Source: Pseudidiomarina sp. (GTDB lineage: Bacteria; Pseudomonadota; Gammaproteobacteria; Enterobacterales; Alteromonadaceae). From it: DNA of 64,000 nucleotides. The notes under the pieces were generated by a model that saw only the letters and a program-made list of their open reading frames with translations, was not told the origin of the DNA and did no database searches. Below are positions 8,483 to 18,809 of the stretch, piece by piece (position 1 is the first letter of the stretch; each line of letters opens with the position of its first letter). The stretch is taken from the NCBI GenBank assembly GCA_023260975.1, contig JALQTK010000005.1, positions 13,295-77,294 of the forward strand, in the 5' to 3' direction. Position numbers and translations under genes: made by a program.

Positions 8483-9195
8483 AGCAACAGCAACAGGTCG
8501 CATTGATCACCGGAGCCGGCCGTCGGTTTGGTTTTGCCCTCGCTCAAGCGCTGCTTGCTGAAGGCTATCAGGTTATTGCTCACTACCACACCTCACGTGA
8601 CGGTGTGGCGGAATTGGAGCAACTTGGCGCGCATTCAATTGCCGCTGATCTGGCTGATCCGCAAGCGGTACTAGCCATGATTGCAAGCATCAAGCAACGT
8701 TATCAGCAGCTTGATTTGTTAGTGAATAATGCCTCATGTTTCTTCAATAACCAGCACGTTGATAATGATTTGAGTGCTTTACAAGCAGTATTTCAGGTGC
8801 ACGCGGTGGCGCCCTACTTACTCATTCATGGGTTAACCGAGCTGTTACAAGCAGCCGATAATGGTTTGGTCGTCAATATCACCGATATCTATGTGGATAG
8901 CCCGTCCACCAACTATATTGCCTATTGTGCAGCAAAATCTGCACTAGCCAATCTGACCCTGGCTTTTGCCAAGCAGCTGGCCCCGACAGTGCGGGTGAAC
9001 GCCATTCAACCGGGACCAATTTTATTTCTGCCCGAACATGATAGCGCGCACCGCCAACAGGTTTTAGCGCAGACGCCACTAAAACTCGAGGGTGGCCTAC
9101 AACCGATGATTGATACCGTGCGGTTTCTTCGCGATAACCGCTTTATGACCGGTGAATCAATCAAGGTTGATGGCGGTCGAGCGTTAAATATTTAG
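8479..9195 (+). CDS. folM: Pteridine reductase / FolM-like SDR
   Basis: TGAGRRFG (Arg typical of the PTR1/FolM subfamily), NNAS, ITD, YCAAK, VRVNAIQPG, VDGG. ATGA overlap with the folK-like gene. Confidence 0.78.
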   Translation: MKQQQQVALITGAGRRFGFALAQALLAEGYQVIAHYHTSRDGVAELEQLGAHSIAADLADPQAVLAMIASIKQRYQQLDLLVNNASCFFNNQHVDNDLSALQAVFQVHAVAPYLLIHGLTELLQAADNGLVVNITDIYVDSPSTNYIAYCAAKSALANLTLAFAKQLAPTVRVNAIQPGPILFLPEHDSAHRQQVLAQTPLKLEGGLQPMIDTVRFLRDNRFMTGESIKVDGGRALNI

Positions 9196-11865
9196 CATCT
9201 GGCGCAGCACGTAATGCAAGATCCCACCCTGTTTGTAATAGTCGAGTTCGTTGCCGGTATCAATTCGGCAGAGGACTTGGAATTCTGATACCGAACCATC
9301 ATCACGGCTGGCGTAAACCGTCAGTAATTGACCCGGTTTTAAATCATCATTAAGACCAACAACACTGATTTTTTCATGGCCATTGAGACCCAATGATTGG
9401 GCGTTTTTACCATCAATAAATTGCAGTGGTAGTACCCCCATACCAACTAAATTAGAGCGGTGAATACGCTCATAACTCTCAGCAATGACTGCTTTTATAC
9501 CCAGTAAGCTAGTGCCTTTGGCAGCCCAATCACGGCTTGAACCACTACCGTATTCCTTACCGGCCAGAATGATTAAGTCGGTATGCTCTTGCTGGTAGCG
9601 CATAGCAGCATCATAAATAGCCATTTGCTCGCCACTAGGAAGATGCATAGTAAAGCCACCTTCTACCCCATCGAGCATCTGGTTCTTAATACGAATATTG
9701 GCAAAAGTGCCACGCATCATCACTTCATGATTACCGCGCCGCGAACCATATGAATTAAAGTCAGCTACGGCAACGCCATGATGCTGCAAGTAGCGACCGG
9801 CTGGCGATGATGGCTTAATAGCCCCTGCGGGCGAAATATGATCGGTGGTAATTGAATCGCCAAATAACGCCAATACCCGTGCATCGATGATTTCCCGCAA
9901 TGGTTCCAGCGGCTGGTCAATCGCATTAAAGTATGGCGGGTTTTTGACATAGGTGGACTCATTGTTCCAACTGTAGGTTTGTCCGCCACCAATCGGGATA
10001 GCCTGCCACTGCGGATCGCCATCAAAGACCGCGGCATACTGCGTCTTAAACATGGCATCGTCAACTAACGCAACTGCATCAGCAATAGTTTGATTTGAAG
10101 GCCAAATATCACGCAAATACACCGCTGTACCTTGCGCATCGTGACCCAGTGGATCATGACTTAAGTCAATACGCGTGGTTCCCGCTAGTGCGTAGGCCAC
10201 CACTAACGGTGGTGATGCCAACCAGTTTGCTTTGACATCCTGATGGATGCGGCCTTCAAAGTTTCGATTACCTGACAATACCGACGACACAGTTACATTA
10301 TGCTGTTGAATGGTTTTACTGATAGCGTCGGGCAGTGGCCCTGAGTTACCAATACAAGTGGTACAGCCGTAACCAACCAAATTAAAACCAAGTGCGTCGA
10401 GCGCGTCATTCAGGCCAGATTTAGCTAAATAGTCGGTCACGACTTTAGACCCCGGTGCCAATGACGACTTCACCCATGGCTTACGCTGCAAGCCCTTGGC
10501 CAAAGCATTCTTAGCGAGTAATCCAGCGGCCATCATAACGCCTGGGTTTGAGGTATTAGTACAGGAGGTAATCGCAGCAATAACCACATCGCCATGGCGT
10601 AGTGAGTAATCCTCACCCGCTACAGCAAACTCGGTATCTACTTGGTGCTGTTGCCCGAGGGTTTGCAAATAGAGATCAAACTGCTGACCAAGTTGCGCCA
10701 TAGCGACTCGGTCTTGAGGGCGTTTGGGCCCAGCTAATGAAGCCACAACAGTCGCTAAGTCCAGCTCTAAGGTATCGGTAAATACCGGTTCAACAGCACT
10801 ATCTCGCCATAAACCTTGGGCTTTGCTGTAAGCCTCAACCAGCGCAATGGTATGCGCATCGCGGCCAGTTAACTGTAAATAGCGTAAGGTTTCATTATCA
10901 ACCGGGAAGAAACCGCAGGTCGCACCATACTCTGGCGCCATATTGGCAATAGTGGCGCGGTCGGCTAACGGCAAATAATCAAGACCAGGACCATAGAACT
11001 CAACAAACTTGCCAACCACTCCGTGCTTACGTAGCATTTGTGTCACCACCAGCACCAAATCGGTCGCTGTGACACCCTCGGCGAGTTGACCACTCAAGCG
11101 AAAACCAATCACTTCAGGAATCAACATCGACACCGGTTGACCCAACATGGCCGCTTCTGCTTCGATGCCGCCGACGCCCCAACCCAAAACCCCGAGGCCG
11201 TTAATCATGGTGGTGTGTGAGTCGGTACCAACCAAGGTGTCGGGCATAACATAGGTGTTTTCGGCAACAGTCTCGGTCCAAGCGACTTGCGCCAGATACT
11301 CGAGATTAACTTGGTGGCAAATACCGGTACCCGGTGGCACCACCCGAAAGTTTTTGAAGGCCTTTTGGCCCCAGCGTAAAAACTGGTAACGTTCAAAATT
11401 ACGTTGCATTTCAATGGAGACGTTTTCGGCAAAGGCCTCATCGGTGGCAAATTTGTCCACCATCACCGAGTGGTCGATAACCAAATCAACCGCCGATAAA
11501 GGGTTTATTTGTTCTGGATCATGGCCGGCTTTGGCCACCGCATCACGCATTGCTGCTAAATCAACTACCGCCGGTACGCCAGTAAAATCTTGCATTAACA
11601 CACGGGCAGGACGAAATTGGATTTCGCGCTCGGAGTGACGCTCGCCGAGCCACGCAGCCATCGCTTCAATATCAGCAGCGACTACCGTGTTGCCATCTTC
11701 ATGACGGAGTAAATTCTCCAGTAATATTTTCAGTGACACCGGTAATGTGGCAATATCACCGTGTTTGGTTAATTGTTGCGCCAGCACTGGAATACTGTGG
11801 TAGTGGTAGATTTTATCCTGCACCACTAAAGTCTGATGGGTGTTAAAACTGTCCTTATTGGTCAT
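9184..11865 (-). CDS. acnA: Aconitate hydratase A
   Basis: 893 aa. QDFTGVP, DHS, GTDSHT, TSCTNT, GCTTCIGNSG, TTDHISPAG, GSSRDWAAKG. Confidence 0.98.
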   Translation of the reverse strand: MTNKDSFNTHQTLVVQDKIYHYHSIPVLAQQLTKHGDIATLPVSLKILLENLLRHEDGNTVVAADIEAMAAWLGERHSEREIQFRPARVLMQDFTGVPAVVDLAAMRDAVAKAGHDPEQINPLSAVDLVIDHSVMVDKFATDEAFAENVSIEMQRNFERYQFLRWGQKAFKNFRVVPPGTGICHQVNLEYLAQVAWTETVAENTYVMPDTLVGTDSHTTMINGLGVLGWGVGGIEAEAAMLGQPVSMLIPEVIGFRLSGQLAEGVTATDLVLVVTQMLRKHGVVGKFVEFYGPGLDYLPLADRATIANMAPEYGATCGFFPVDNETLRYLQLTGRDAHTIALVEAYSKAQGLWRDSAVEPVFTDTLELDLATVVASLAGPKRPQDRVAMAQLGQQFDLYLQTLGQQHQVDTEFAVAGEDYSLRHGDVVIAAITSCTNTSNPGVMMAAGLLAKNALAKGLQRKPWVKSSLAPGSKVVTDYLAKSGLNDALDALGFNLVGYGCTTCIGNSGPLPDAISKTIQQHNVTVSSVLSGNRNFEGRIHQDVKANWLASPPLVVAYALAGTTRIDLSHDPLGHDAQGTAVYLRDIWPSNQTIADAVALVDDAMFKTQYAAVFDGDPQWQAIPIGGGQTYSWNNESTYVKNPPYFNAIDQPLEPLREIIDARVLALFGDSITTDHISPAGAIKPSSPAGRYLQHHGVAVADFNSYGSRRGNHEVMMRGTFANIRIKNQMLDGVEGGFTMHLPSGEQMAIYDAAMRYQQEHTDLIILAGKEYGSGSSRDWAAKGTSLLGIKAVIAESYERIHRSNLVGMGVLPLQFIDGKNAQSLGLNGHEKISVVGLNDDLKPGQLLTVYASRDDGSVSEFQVLCRIDTGNELDYYKQGGILHYVLRQMLNI

Positions 11866-11902
11866 GCCTTACTCCTCGTAGCTATGCAGTCACTGAACAT
11901 CA

Positions 11903-11914
11903 CTATTATAATAG
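11903..11914. promoter_or_regulatory. Palindromic double -10 element (bidirectional promoter of acnA/tesB)
   Basis: CTATTATAATAG is a perfect palindrome with TATAAT on both strands, centred in the 83-bp divergent intergenic region. Confidence 0.65.
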
Positions 11915-11948
11915 ACCACTAAACCATCAATGCTAATAAGGATACACC

Positions 11949-12809
11949 ATGAGTCAGGTATTAACTGACCTTTTGAACCTATTAAAGCTGGAAACCATTG
12001 AGCACGGAATTTATCGCGGCCAAAGCCAAGATTTAGGCTATGCCGCGGTATTTGGTGGACAAGTTATTGGCCAAGCGCTATCGGCGGCAAAAGAGACACT
12101 ACCCGAAGATCGTAAAGTGCACTCGCTGCATACCTACTTTTTACGACCCGGTGATGCCCACAAACCAATCATTTATGATGTTGAAAACATTCGCGATGGT
12201 CGAAGTATTTCGACACGCCGGGTGCAAGCCATTCAGTTTGGTAAGCCGATTTTTTATATGACGGCTTCATTTCAAATTGATGAATGCGGCTTTGAACATC
12301 AAACCACCATGCCAGACGTTCCTGGTCCCGAAGGCTTGGTATCTGATTTAGACATTTATCGCCAACATGCCGAGCTCATTCCTGAACCCATTCGCAATAA
12401 ATTTATTTCGGAAAAACCAATAGAAATGCGTTTTGTTACCGCGAACAATCCGTTTAAGCCACATGTAGACAAACCGCAACGCTATGTCTGGTTCCGCTCT
12501 AATGGGCCAATGCCAGACGATCAACGGGTGCACAAATACTTGTTGGCCTATGCCTCAGACTTTAATTTTCTGCCGACTGCGCTACAACCTCATGGGGTAA
12601 GTTTCGCCCAACCCAATATGCAAATAGCCACTATTGACCATTCAATGTGGTTTCATCATGATTTTCGTATGGATGATTGGCTACTGTATGCCATTGATAG
12701 CCCCATTGCGTGCGGCTCGCGTGGCCTGGTGCGCGGGCAATTCTTTACCCGCAGCGGCACGTTAGTCGCATCAACAATGCAAGAGGGTGTGATGCGAGTG
12801 CGCAAATAG
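11949..12809 (+). CDS. tesB: Acyl-CoA thioesterase II
   Basis: [38 protein letters not shown]. Confidence 0.96.
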   Translation: MSQVLTDLLNLLKLETIEHGIYRGQSQDLGYAAVFGGQVIGQALSAAKETLPEDRKVHSLHTYFLRPGDAHKPIIYDVENIRDGRSISTRRVQAIQFGKPIFYMTASFQIDECGFEHQTTMPDVPGPEGLVSDLDIYRQHAELIPEPIRNKFISEKPIEMRFVTANNPFKPHVDKPQRYVWFRSNGPMPDDQRVHKYLLAYASDFNFLPTALQPHGVSFAQPNMQIATIDHSMWFHHDFRMDDWLLYAIDSPIACGSRGLVRGQFFTRSGTLVASTMQEGVMRVRK

Positions 12810-12825
12810 CGCACCCGCAGTCATT

Positions 12826-14076
12826 TTAGCCGAGGGTAAAGAAGAAACCGGCAATCGCCGCACTCATCATATTGGCCAAAGTGGCTGCTAACAGCGCTTT
12901 TAAGCCGAGTCGTGCAATATCATGCCGACGGCTTGGCGCCATTCCGCCTAAACCACCAAGCAAAATAGCAATTGATGAAAAGTTGGCAAAACCGCACAAC
13001 ACAAAGGTGATAATGACTTGGCTATGCTGGCTCAACTGGTCTTTATAGTTAACAAAATCTAAATAGGCGACAAACTCGTTAATCACCAATTTTTGCCCAA
13101 TGAAGCTACCGGCCAGCTGCGCCTCATCCCAACTAACACCCAGTACATAAGCGACTGGTTGGAACACGTAGCCAAACAACAATTGCAGTGACAAATCAGG
13201 GTAACCAAACCAACCACCAACCCAGCCAAAAATGCCGTTGATCAGCGCAATAAGCGCAACAAAGGCAATTAACATTGCGCCCACGTTAACGGCTAATTTC
13301 ATCCCGCTACTGGCACCCGTTGCCGCGGCATCAATGACATTCACCGCACGCTCAGCCACTAGGCTTTGCGCCGCTTGGTCACCATCACTAGCAGTACCGT
13401 CAATAATACTGTCGATATCATCGCGCGGTTTATCAATTTCCGGCATGATCATTTTAGCCATCAACAAACCGGCTGGAGCGGCCATAAAACTGGCGGCGAT
13501 CAAATACTTTAGCTCCACCCCAACGCCAGCATAACCGGCTAGTACTGAGCCAGACACCGAGGCCATACCGCCAACCATGACAGCAAATAATTCCGATTGC
13601 GTCATGCTTGGAATAAACGGCCGCACCATCATGGGCGCTTCGGTTTGGCCAACAAATACATTGGCAGCTGCTGACATCGATTCAGGCTTACTACTGCCGA
13701 TTACTTTTTGTAATGCACCGCCAAGAATCATGATGATCCAACGCATGATGCCAAGGTAATACAACACCGCAATCAACGATGAGAAAAACACAATGACCGA
13801 CAACACCCGAATGGCAAACACGAAACCAAAATCTGCTGAAGCTAAGCCGCCAAACATAAAATCAATGCCGGCATTGGTAAAGGAAATCACGCTGGCAACT
13901 CCAGACGCTACGCCATAAAGCACATCTTGGCCAAATGGCACATAGAGAACAAAGGCACCTAAGGCTAATTGAATGGCAAAAGCACCAGCAACGGTGCGCC
14001 AACGTATCGCGCCGCGATTACTGGAGAAGGCATAAGCGACGAGAAGAATAATGATAATGCCAAAAAAACTATGCAT
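12826..14076 (-). CDS. nupC: NupC/CNT-family nucleoside transporter
   Basis: [35 protein letters not shown]; multiple TM segments. Confidence 0.93.
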   Translation of the reverse strand: MHSFFGIIIILLVAYAFSSNRGAIRWRTVAGAFAIQLALGAFVLYVPFGQDVLYGVASGVASVISFTNAGIDFMFGGLASADFGFVFAIRVLSVIVFFSSLIAVLYYLGIMRWIIMILGGALQKVIGSSKPESMSAAANVFVGQTEAPMMVRPFIPSMTQSELFAVMVGGMASVSGSVLAGYAGVGVELKYLIAASFMAAPAGLLMAKMIMPEIDKPRDDIDSIIDGTASDGDQAAQSLVAERAVNVIDAAATGASSGMKLAVNVGAMLIAFVALIALINGIFGWVGGWFGYPDLSLQLLFGYVFQPVAYVLGVSWDEAQLAGSFIGQKLVINEFVAYLDFVNYKDQLSQHSQVIITFVLCGFANFSSIAILLGGLGGMAPSRRHDIARLGLKALLAATLANMMSAAIAGFFFTLG

Positions 14077-14097
14077 AAAGTTAGACCGTTATTGTTG

Positions 14098-14730
14098 TTA
14101 TTCTGCCAACAGTTGGCGAATTTTCGATTTAATCAGGTCGATGGCAATTTCGTTCTGACCACCGCGCGTGACCACCAAATCAGCAAACTGTTTCGACGGT
14201 AAAATAAATTCAAAAAATGCTGGGCGCACAGTTTCATGATACTGCTCAGCGACAGACTGAATGGTGCGACCGCGCTCTTCCACATCACGAATCATACGCC
14301 GCAGCAAACAGACATCTAATGGTGTATCCATAAATACCGAGATATCGAATAACTTACGCAAATGCGGGTCACTCAACAACAAAATTCCTTCCACCATAAT
14401 CACCCGCCCTGGGTTGACTTTGATGGTTTCGCTGACACGGGTATGGGTTTTATAACTATATTGCGGCATCTGCACCGAATCTCCGGCCCGTAGCTGCAAT
14501 AAATGCTGCACTAATAACTCATGTTCAAACGCCGACGGGTGGTCGTAGTTGGTGAGCTGACGCTGGTCAAAGCTCAAATGACTTTGATCACGATAGTACG
14601 CATCTTCAGCAAGAATGGCGATACCCTGACCACCAAGCTCAGCCACTAATTCCCGATAAACCGTTGAGGCGAACAAACTTTTGCCCGAAGCGGAGGCACC
14701 AGCGATAGCAATGATGGTTGTTTTTTCCAC
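14098..14730 (-). CDS. udk: Uridine kinase
   Basis: GASASGKS P-loop, EDAYY, NYDHP, EGIL, RD..ERGR. Confidence 0.96.
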   Translation of the reverse strand: MEKTTIIAIAGASASGKSLFASTVYRELVAELGGQGIAILAEDAYYRDQSHLSFDQRQLTNYDHPSAFEHELLVQHLLQLRAGDSVQMPQYSYKTHTRVSETIKVNPGRVIMVEGILLLSDPHLRKLFDISVFMDTPLDVCLLRRMIRDVEERGRTIQSVAEQYHETVRPAFFEFILPSKQFADLVVTRGGQNEIAIDLIKSKIRQLLAE

Positions 14731-14935
14731 GCGAATGAGTCTTTGTTTAGGCGATATCGATGGGCAATTATCGTTTATTCATGTAGTAATTGGAAGTAGC
14801 TGTGCTAGTTGACCAATCTTGTTACATTTTAAGCTGCAGTGAGCGTTGTATCCTGCGCCCAACCCTCTATTATTGAATGACTAACTTTCTATCGAGTGCT
14901 ACTCGACTATTATTGACAACTAACGGACATACATT

Positions 14936-17722
14936 ATGCGCCTGACTAAATCTCTTACCGCACTTGCCGTAGCATCATTGTTGCTAAGCGGCTGCCAAGA
15001 ACCGAATCAATCGAGCACTAGCGCGACAGCAGCGGTCGCTCAGCAACAATTGCCTGAGGTCGCTATTAGCTATGACAGCTTTACCTTAGATAATGGCTTA
15101 CGGGTGATTGTGCACACCGATCGTAAAGCACCTATTGTTGCCGTAAACGTGTGGTATGCGGTGGGGTCAAAGGATGAAAAGCCAGGGCAAACTGGTTTTG
15201 CCCACCTATTTGAGCACTTAATGTTTAACGGTACTGAGAACTACGATGATGAATTCTTTGGTCCGTTCGAACGTGCTGGCGCCACCGACCAAAACGGTAC
15301 CACCAATAACGATCGCACCAATTACTTCCAAAACGTACCAACCCCTGCCCTAGATATGGCACTGTGGATGGAATCTGACCGCATGGGACATTTGCTCGGT
15401 GCAGTCACCCAAGCCAAGCTCGATGAACAACGTGGTGTGGTGCAAAACGAAAAGCGCCAAGGCGAATCGCAGCCTTATGGGCGGGCCTTTAGTTTCATCG
15501 CCAGTGAAACGTTCCCGGCTGGGCACCCTTATTCATGGTCAGTCATTGGCTCAATGGAGGATTTGAACGCCGCCTCGCTTGACGATGTTCACCAGTGGTT
15601 TAATGACTACTATGGTGCCGCTAACGCAGTAGTGGTGTTGGCCGGCGACATTGACGTTGAAACCGCAAAAGCCAAGATGAATCATTATTTCGGCCATATT
15701 CCAGCCGGCAAGCCACTGCAAAAACTCGATGCCTGGGTAGCCAAACGCACCGGCACCAAGCGCGCCACTATGGAAGATAACGTGCCTGCTGCGCGTATCT
15801 ACAAAATTTGGAATACCGCCGAAATGGGCACGACCGATGCCGACTATTTGACCTTGCTGAATGATATTTTAGCGGGTGGTAAGAACTCACGCTTATATCA
15901 GCGCTTAGTCTACGACCTACAAATCGCTAGCAGTGTATTCGCATTTCAGTATGACCGTGTGCTGGCCGGCCAATTCTTTGTGGTTGCCGATGCCAAACCA
16001 GGTGTTGAAATGAGCCAAATCGAAGCAATTATCGACGAAGAAGTTGCCCGAATTCTGGCTGAAGGCCCAACTCAGGCAGAATTAGATCGCGTGCGCTTTA
16101 GCAATGTTGCGAGCTTTGTTCGCGGCGCGGAGCGTATCGGCGGCTTTGGCGGAAAATCAGATATTTTAGCAGCCGGTGAAGTCTACCAAGGCAACCCGGG
16201 GGCTTATCGTCAATCACTCGAGGTGCTGCGCAATGCAACCCCTGCAGATGTTCAGGCAGCCGCACAGCGTTGGTTAGATGATGGAGCCTTTGTGCTCAAC
16301 GTGGTGCCACAACCTAAGTTCACCACCGCGGAAGCGAAAGCCGACCGCAGCAAGTTGCCAGAAGTCGGTGAATTACCGCAATTAGATCTACCTGAACTGA
16401 CCCAGTTTAGCCTGTCCAACGGCCTCGAGGTTTATCTTGCTGAGCGGCATGACGTGCCAACCGTACAAATGCAACTGGTGATCGATAGCGGCTATGCTGC
16501 TGACCAAAATGCTAAACTTGGTACTGCCAGCTTCACCATGGCGATGCTCACTGAGGGCACCACCAGCCGAGATGCGCTGGCGTTAAATCTTGAGCTAGAT
16601 ACCTTGGGTACCAATTTGAATGCAGGCGCATCACTCGATACAGCGACCATTGCCATGGATAGCTTATCGACCAACCTAGCCGCCAGCTTAGATATTTTTG
16701 CTGACGTGTTGATGAATCCGGCGTTTAAACAAGAAGAAATTGATCGTCGCCGCGGGCTCTGGATGGAAACCATCAAGCGTGAAAAAGCCTCGCCACAATC
16801 ACAAGCGCTGCGTATTTTGCCGGGTTTGATGTTTAGTGATGAGCATGCCTATAACGCGCCGTTAACTGGCTCAGGTACCGAAGCGTCAATCAATAGCTTA
16901 ACCCGTGATGACTTAATTGCTCATCATGCGACTTGGTTACGCCCAGATAACGCCCGCTTAGTGATTGTTGGCGCGACCAGTGAAGCTGAGATTAAGCCAC
17001 TGCTTGAGCAGGCATTGAGCACTTGGAATGCCCAAACAAGCGCTAAGCCAACCAAGCAATTCCCAGCAGTCACTGTACCAGCAACGGCGCGGGTATTTTT
17101 AATTGACCAGCCGGGTTCACCACAAGCGATGATCATTGCCGGCCAGTTTGCCCCAAGCAGTGATGTCGCGGAAGCAGAAGCTTTCGACGTGATGAACACC
17201 ATTATTGGTGGTAGCTTCACCAGTCGTATCAATATGAATCTACGCGAAGATAAAGGCTGGTCCTACGGTGCCCGCACCAGCTGGTTTGGCGCTGATGCTG
17301 CCGGCTTGTTGCTCGCTGTCGCCCCGGTACAAGCCGATAAAGCGAAAGAATCTGTGCAAGAGCTATTGGCTGAATTCAACGGTTACATGGCTGACAAACC
17401 AGCCACTGCCGACGAGTTGGCGAAAACCAAAGCCAACAAAACTGCGCGTTTACCTGGTGCTTACGAAACCAAAGCGGCACTATTGCGCTCAGTGGTGAGT
17501 ACGCTCAATAAAGATAAAGACATGGCTTGGCTCGAGTCATATGGTGAACGTATTGAAGCGCTGGAACTTGACACAATTCAAGCTACTGCGAAGCAATACC
17601 TAACGCCTGACCAATTAACTTGGGTCATAGTTGGTGACCTGAGCGTTATTGAAGAACCCATCCGCTCGTTGAATTTAGCTGATGTGGTGATTTTAGATGC
17701 CGACGGTAAGCCAATTGAATAA
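14936..17722 (+). CDS. M16 family (pitrilysin/PqqL-like) zinc metallopeptidase, lipoprotein
   Basis: Inverted zinc motif HLFEH, two M16 halves, LREDKGWSYG, lipobox LSGC. Confidence 0.93.
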   Translation: MRLTKSLTALAVASLLLSGCQEPNQSSTSATAAVAQQQLPEVAISYDSFTLDNGLRVIVHTDRKAPIVAVNVWYAVGSKDEKPGQTGFAHLFEHLMFNGTENYDDEFFGPFERAGATDQNGTTNNDRTNYFQNVPTPALDMALWMESDRMGHLLGAVTQAKLDEQRGVVQNEKRQGESQPYGRAFSFIASETFPAGHPYSWSVIGSMEDLNAASLDDVHQWFNDYYGAANAVVVLAGDIDVETAKAKMNHYFGHIPAGKPLQKLDAWVAKRTGTKRATMEDNVPAARIYKIWNTAEMGTTDADYLTLLNDILAGGKNSRLYQRLVYDLQIASSVFAFQYDRVLAGQFFVVADAKPGVEMSQIEAIIDEEVARILAEGPTQAELDRVRFSNVASFVRGAERIGGFGGKSDILAAGEVYQGNPGAYRQSLEVLRNATPADVQAAAQRWLDDGAFVLNVVPQPKFTTAEAKADRSKLPEVGELPQLDLPELTQFSLSNGLEVYLAERHDVPTVQMQLVIDSGYAADQNAKLGTASFTMAMLTEGTTSRDALALNLELDTLGTNLNAGASLDTATIAMDSLSTNLAASLDIFADVLMNPAFKQEEIDRRRGLWMETIKREKASPQSQALRILPGLMFSDEHAYNAPLTGSGTEASINSLTRDDLIAHHATWLRPDNARLVIVGATSEAEIKPLLEQALSTWNAQTSAKPTKQFPAVTVPATARVFLIDQPGSPQAMIIAGQFAPSSDVAEAEAFDVMNTIIGGSFTSRINMNLREDKGWSYGARTSWFGADAAGLLLAVAPVQADKAKESVQELLAEFNGYMADKPATADELAKTKANKTARLPGAYETKAALLRSVVSTLNKDKDMAWLESYGERIEALELDTIQATAKQYLTPDQLTWVIVGDLSVIEEPIRSLNLADVVILDADGKPIE

Positions 17723-17736
17723 TTGAAGCACAATGC

Positions 17737-17763
17737 AAAAGCCGCTCAATGAGCGGCTTTTTT
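17737..17763. terminator. Bidirectional intrinsic terminator
   Basis: AAAA-GCCGCTC-AAT-GAGCGGC-TTTTTT between convergent genes. Confidence 0.9.
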
Positions 17764-17790
17764 ATTGCTTAACAATAGCGATTGGGAGAG

Positions 17791-18201
17791 CTAATTGGGG
17801 TTATATACAATTTCCCACAAATGACCATCCGGGTCGGCGATTAATCCGCCATAACCGCCCCAAACTAAAGGCTGGGCCGGCTTATGAATAGTTGCTCCAG
17901 CGGTGGCTAAGATGCTCATCAGCTGGTCAACTTCCGCCGCTGAGGTAACATTATGAGCCAACAATAAGCCACACTGATCTGGCTCACCGCAGCCAATACC
18001 GGCATCAGCAGCAATACTGTTGCGCGGCCAAAGCGCCAGCGTTAAACCGTGCTGAAGCTTAAAAAACGCCACCGCACCATGAGTCAATTCAGTGCCAACA
18101 ATACCTGCCGTTGGCCAGCCAAACACATCACGATAAAAGTTCACGCTGCGCGCTAAGTCAGTCACACCGAGGGTAATATAACTAATTGCTGGGCGCATCA
18201 T
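17791..18201 (-). CDS. VOC/glyoxalase family protein
   Basis: ITLGVTDLARSVNFY...WGGY...DPDGHLWEI. Confidence 0.92.
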   Translation of the reverse strand: MMRPAISYITLGVTDLARSVNFYRDVFGWPTAGIVGTELTHGAVAFFKLQHGLTLALWPRNSIAADAGIGCGEPDQCGLLLAHNVTSAAEVDQLMSILATAGATIHKPAQPLVWGGYGGLIADPDGHLWEIVYNPN

Positions 18202-18722
18202 GGCAATTCCACCTGTTGTTGGTGGCTGCCAATAACCACACCTTGGCGTAATTCAACCACAAAGATATCGCCATAATCTTCTTCAGTAAGATCATATGCC
18301 GTACCACCAGCTAATCTTACCAATTCTGGTATGGTGTTACTGTGACCAACTATCAAACTGGTTTGCTGGCGTTTTCGTAAATTTGCAATGAGTTGCTCTG
18401 GAGCTGCTGCTGAATAGAATTCGATAGCCACACCAGATTGGCTCGATAACGCTGCAGCGGTTTGTTCAGTGCGTCGGAACGGCGTACTATAAATTGCTTC
18501 AATAGCGCCGTCGCTCAGCAATACGGCCAGCAGCTGAGCACGCTGTTTACCGCGTGGCGACAATTCTGGATCGTCCTTCACAGGCATTTTTTCGGCATGC
18601 CGAACAAAGTACCAAGTGTAATTATTTTCGGCTTTGGCGGAATGCACCATTAGCGTACTTACAAACATTACTGCAAGCATGAAAAGCACGAGACGAGTGA
18701 ACACTTGAACCATTTGTTGCAC
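18198..18722 (-). CDS. Exported histidine phosphatase (phosphoglycerate mutase/SixA-like)
   Basis: RHAEK, LSPRG, STPFRRT, VGHSN; N-terminal signal peptide. Start uncertain. Confidence 0.85.
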   Translation of the reverse strand: MQQMVQVFTRLVLFMLAVMFVSTLMVHSAKAENNYTWYFVRHAEKMPVKDDPELSPRGKQRAQLLAVLLSDGAIEAIYSTPFRRTEQTAAALSSQSGVAIEFYSAAAPEQLIANLRKRQQTSLIVGHSNTIPELVRLAGGTAYDLTEEDYGDIFVVELRQGVVIGSHQQQVELP

Positions 18723-18809
18723 CTCAAACGTTAATTACATTGATGGTAGCACCATTTCAGCTACACTAGAGTAACATTTTAGCCAACCAATAAAGCAACT
18801 CCGCGGCCT

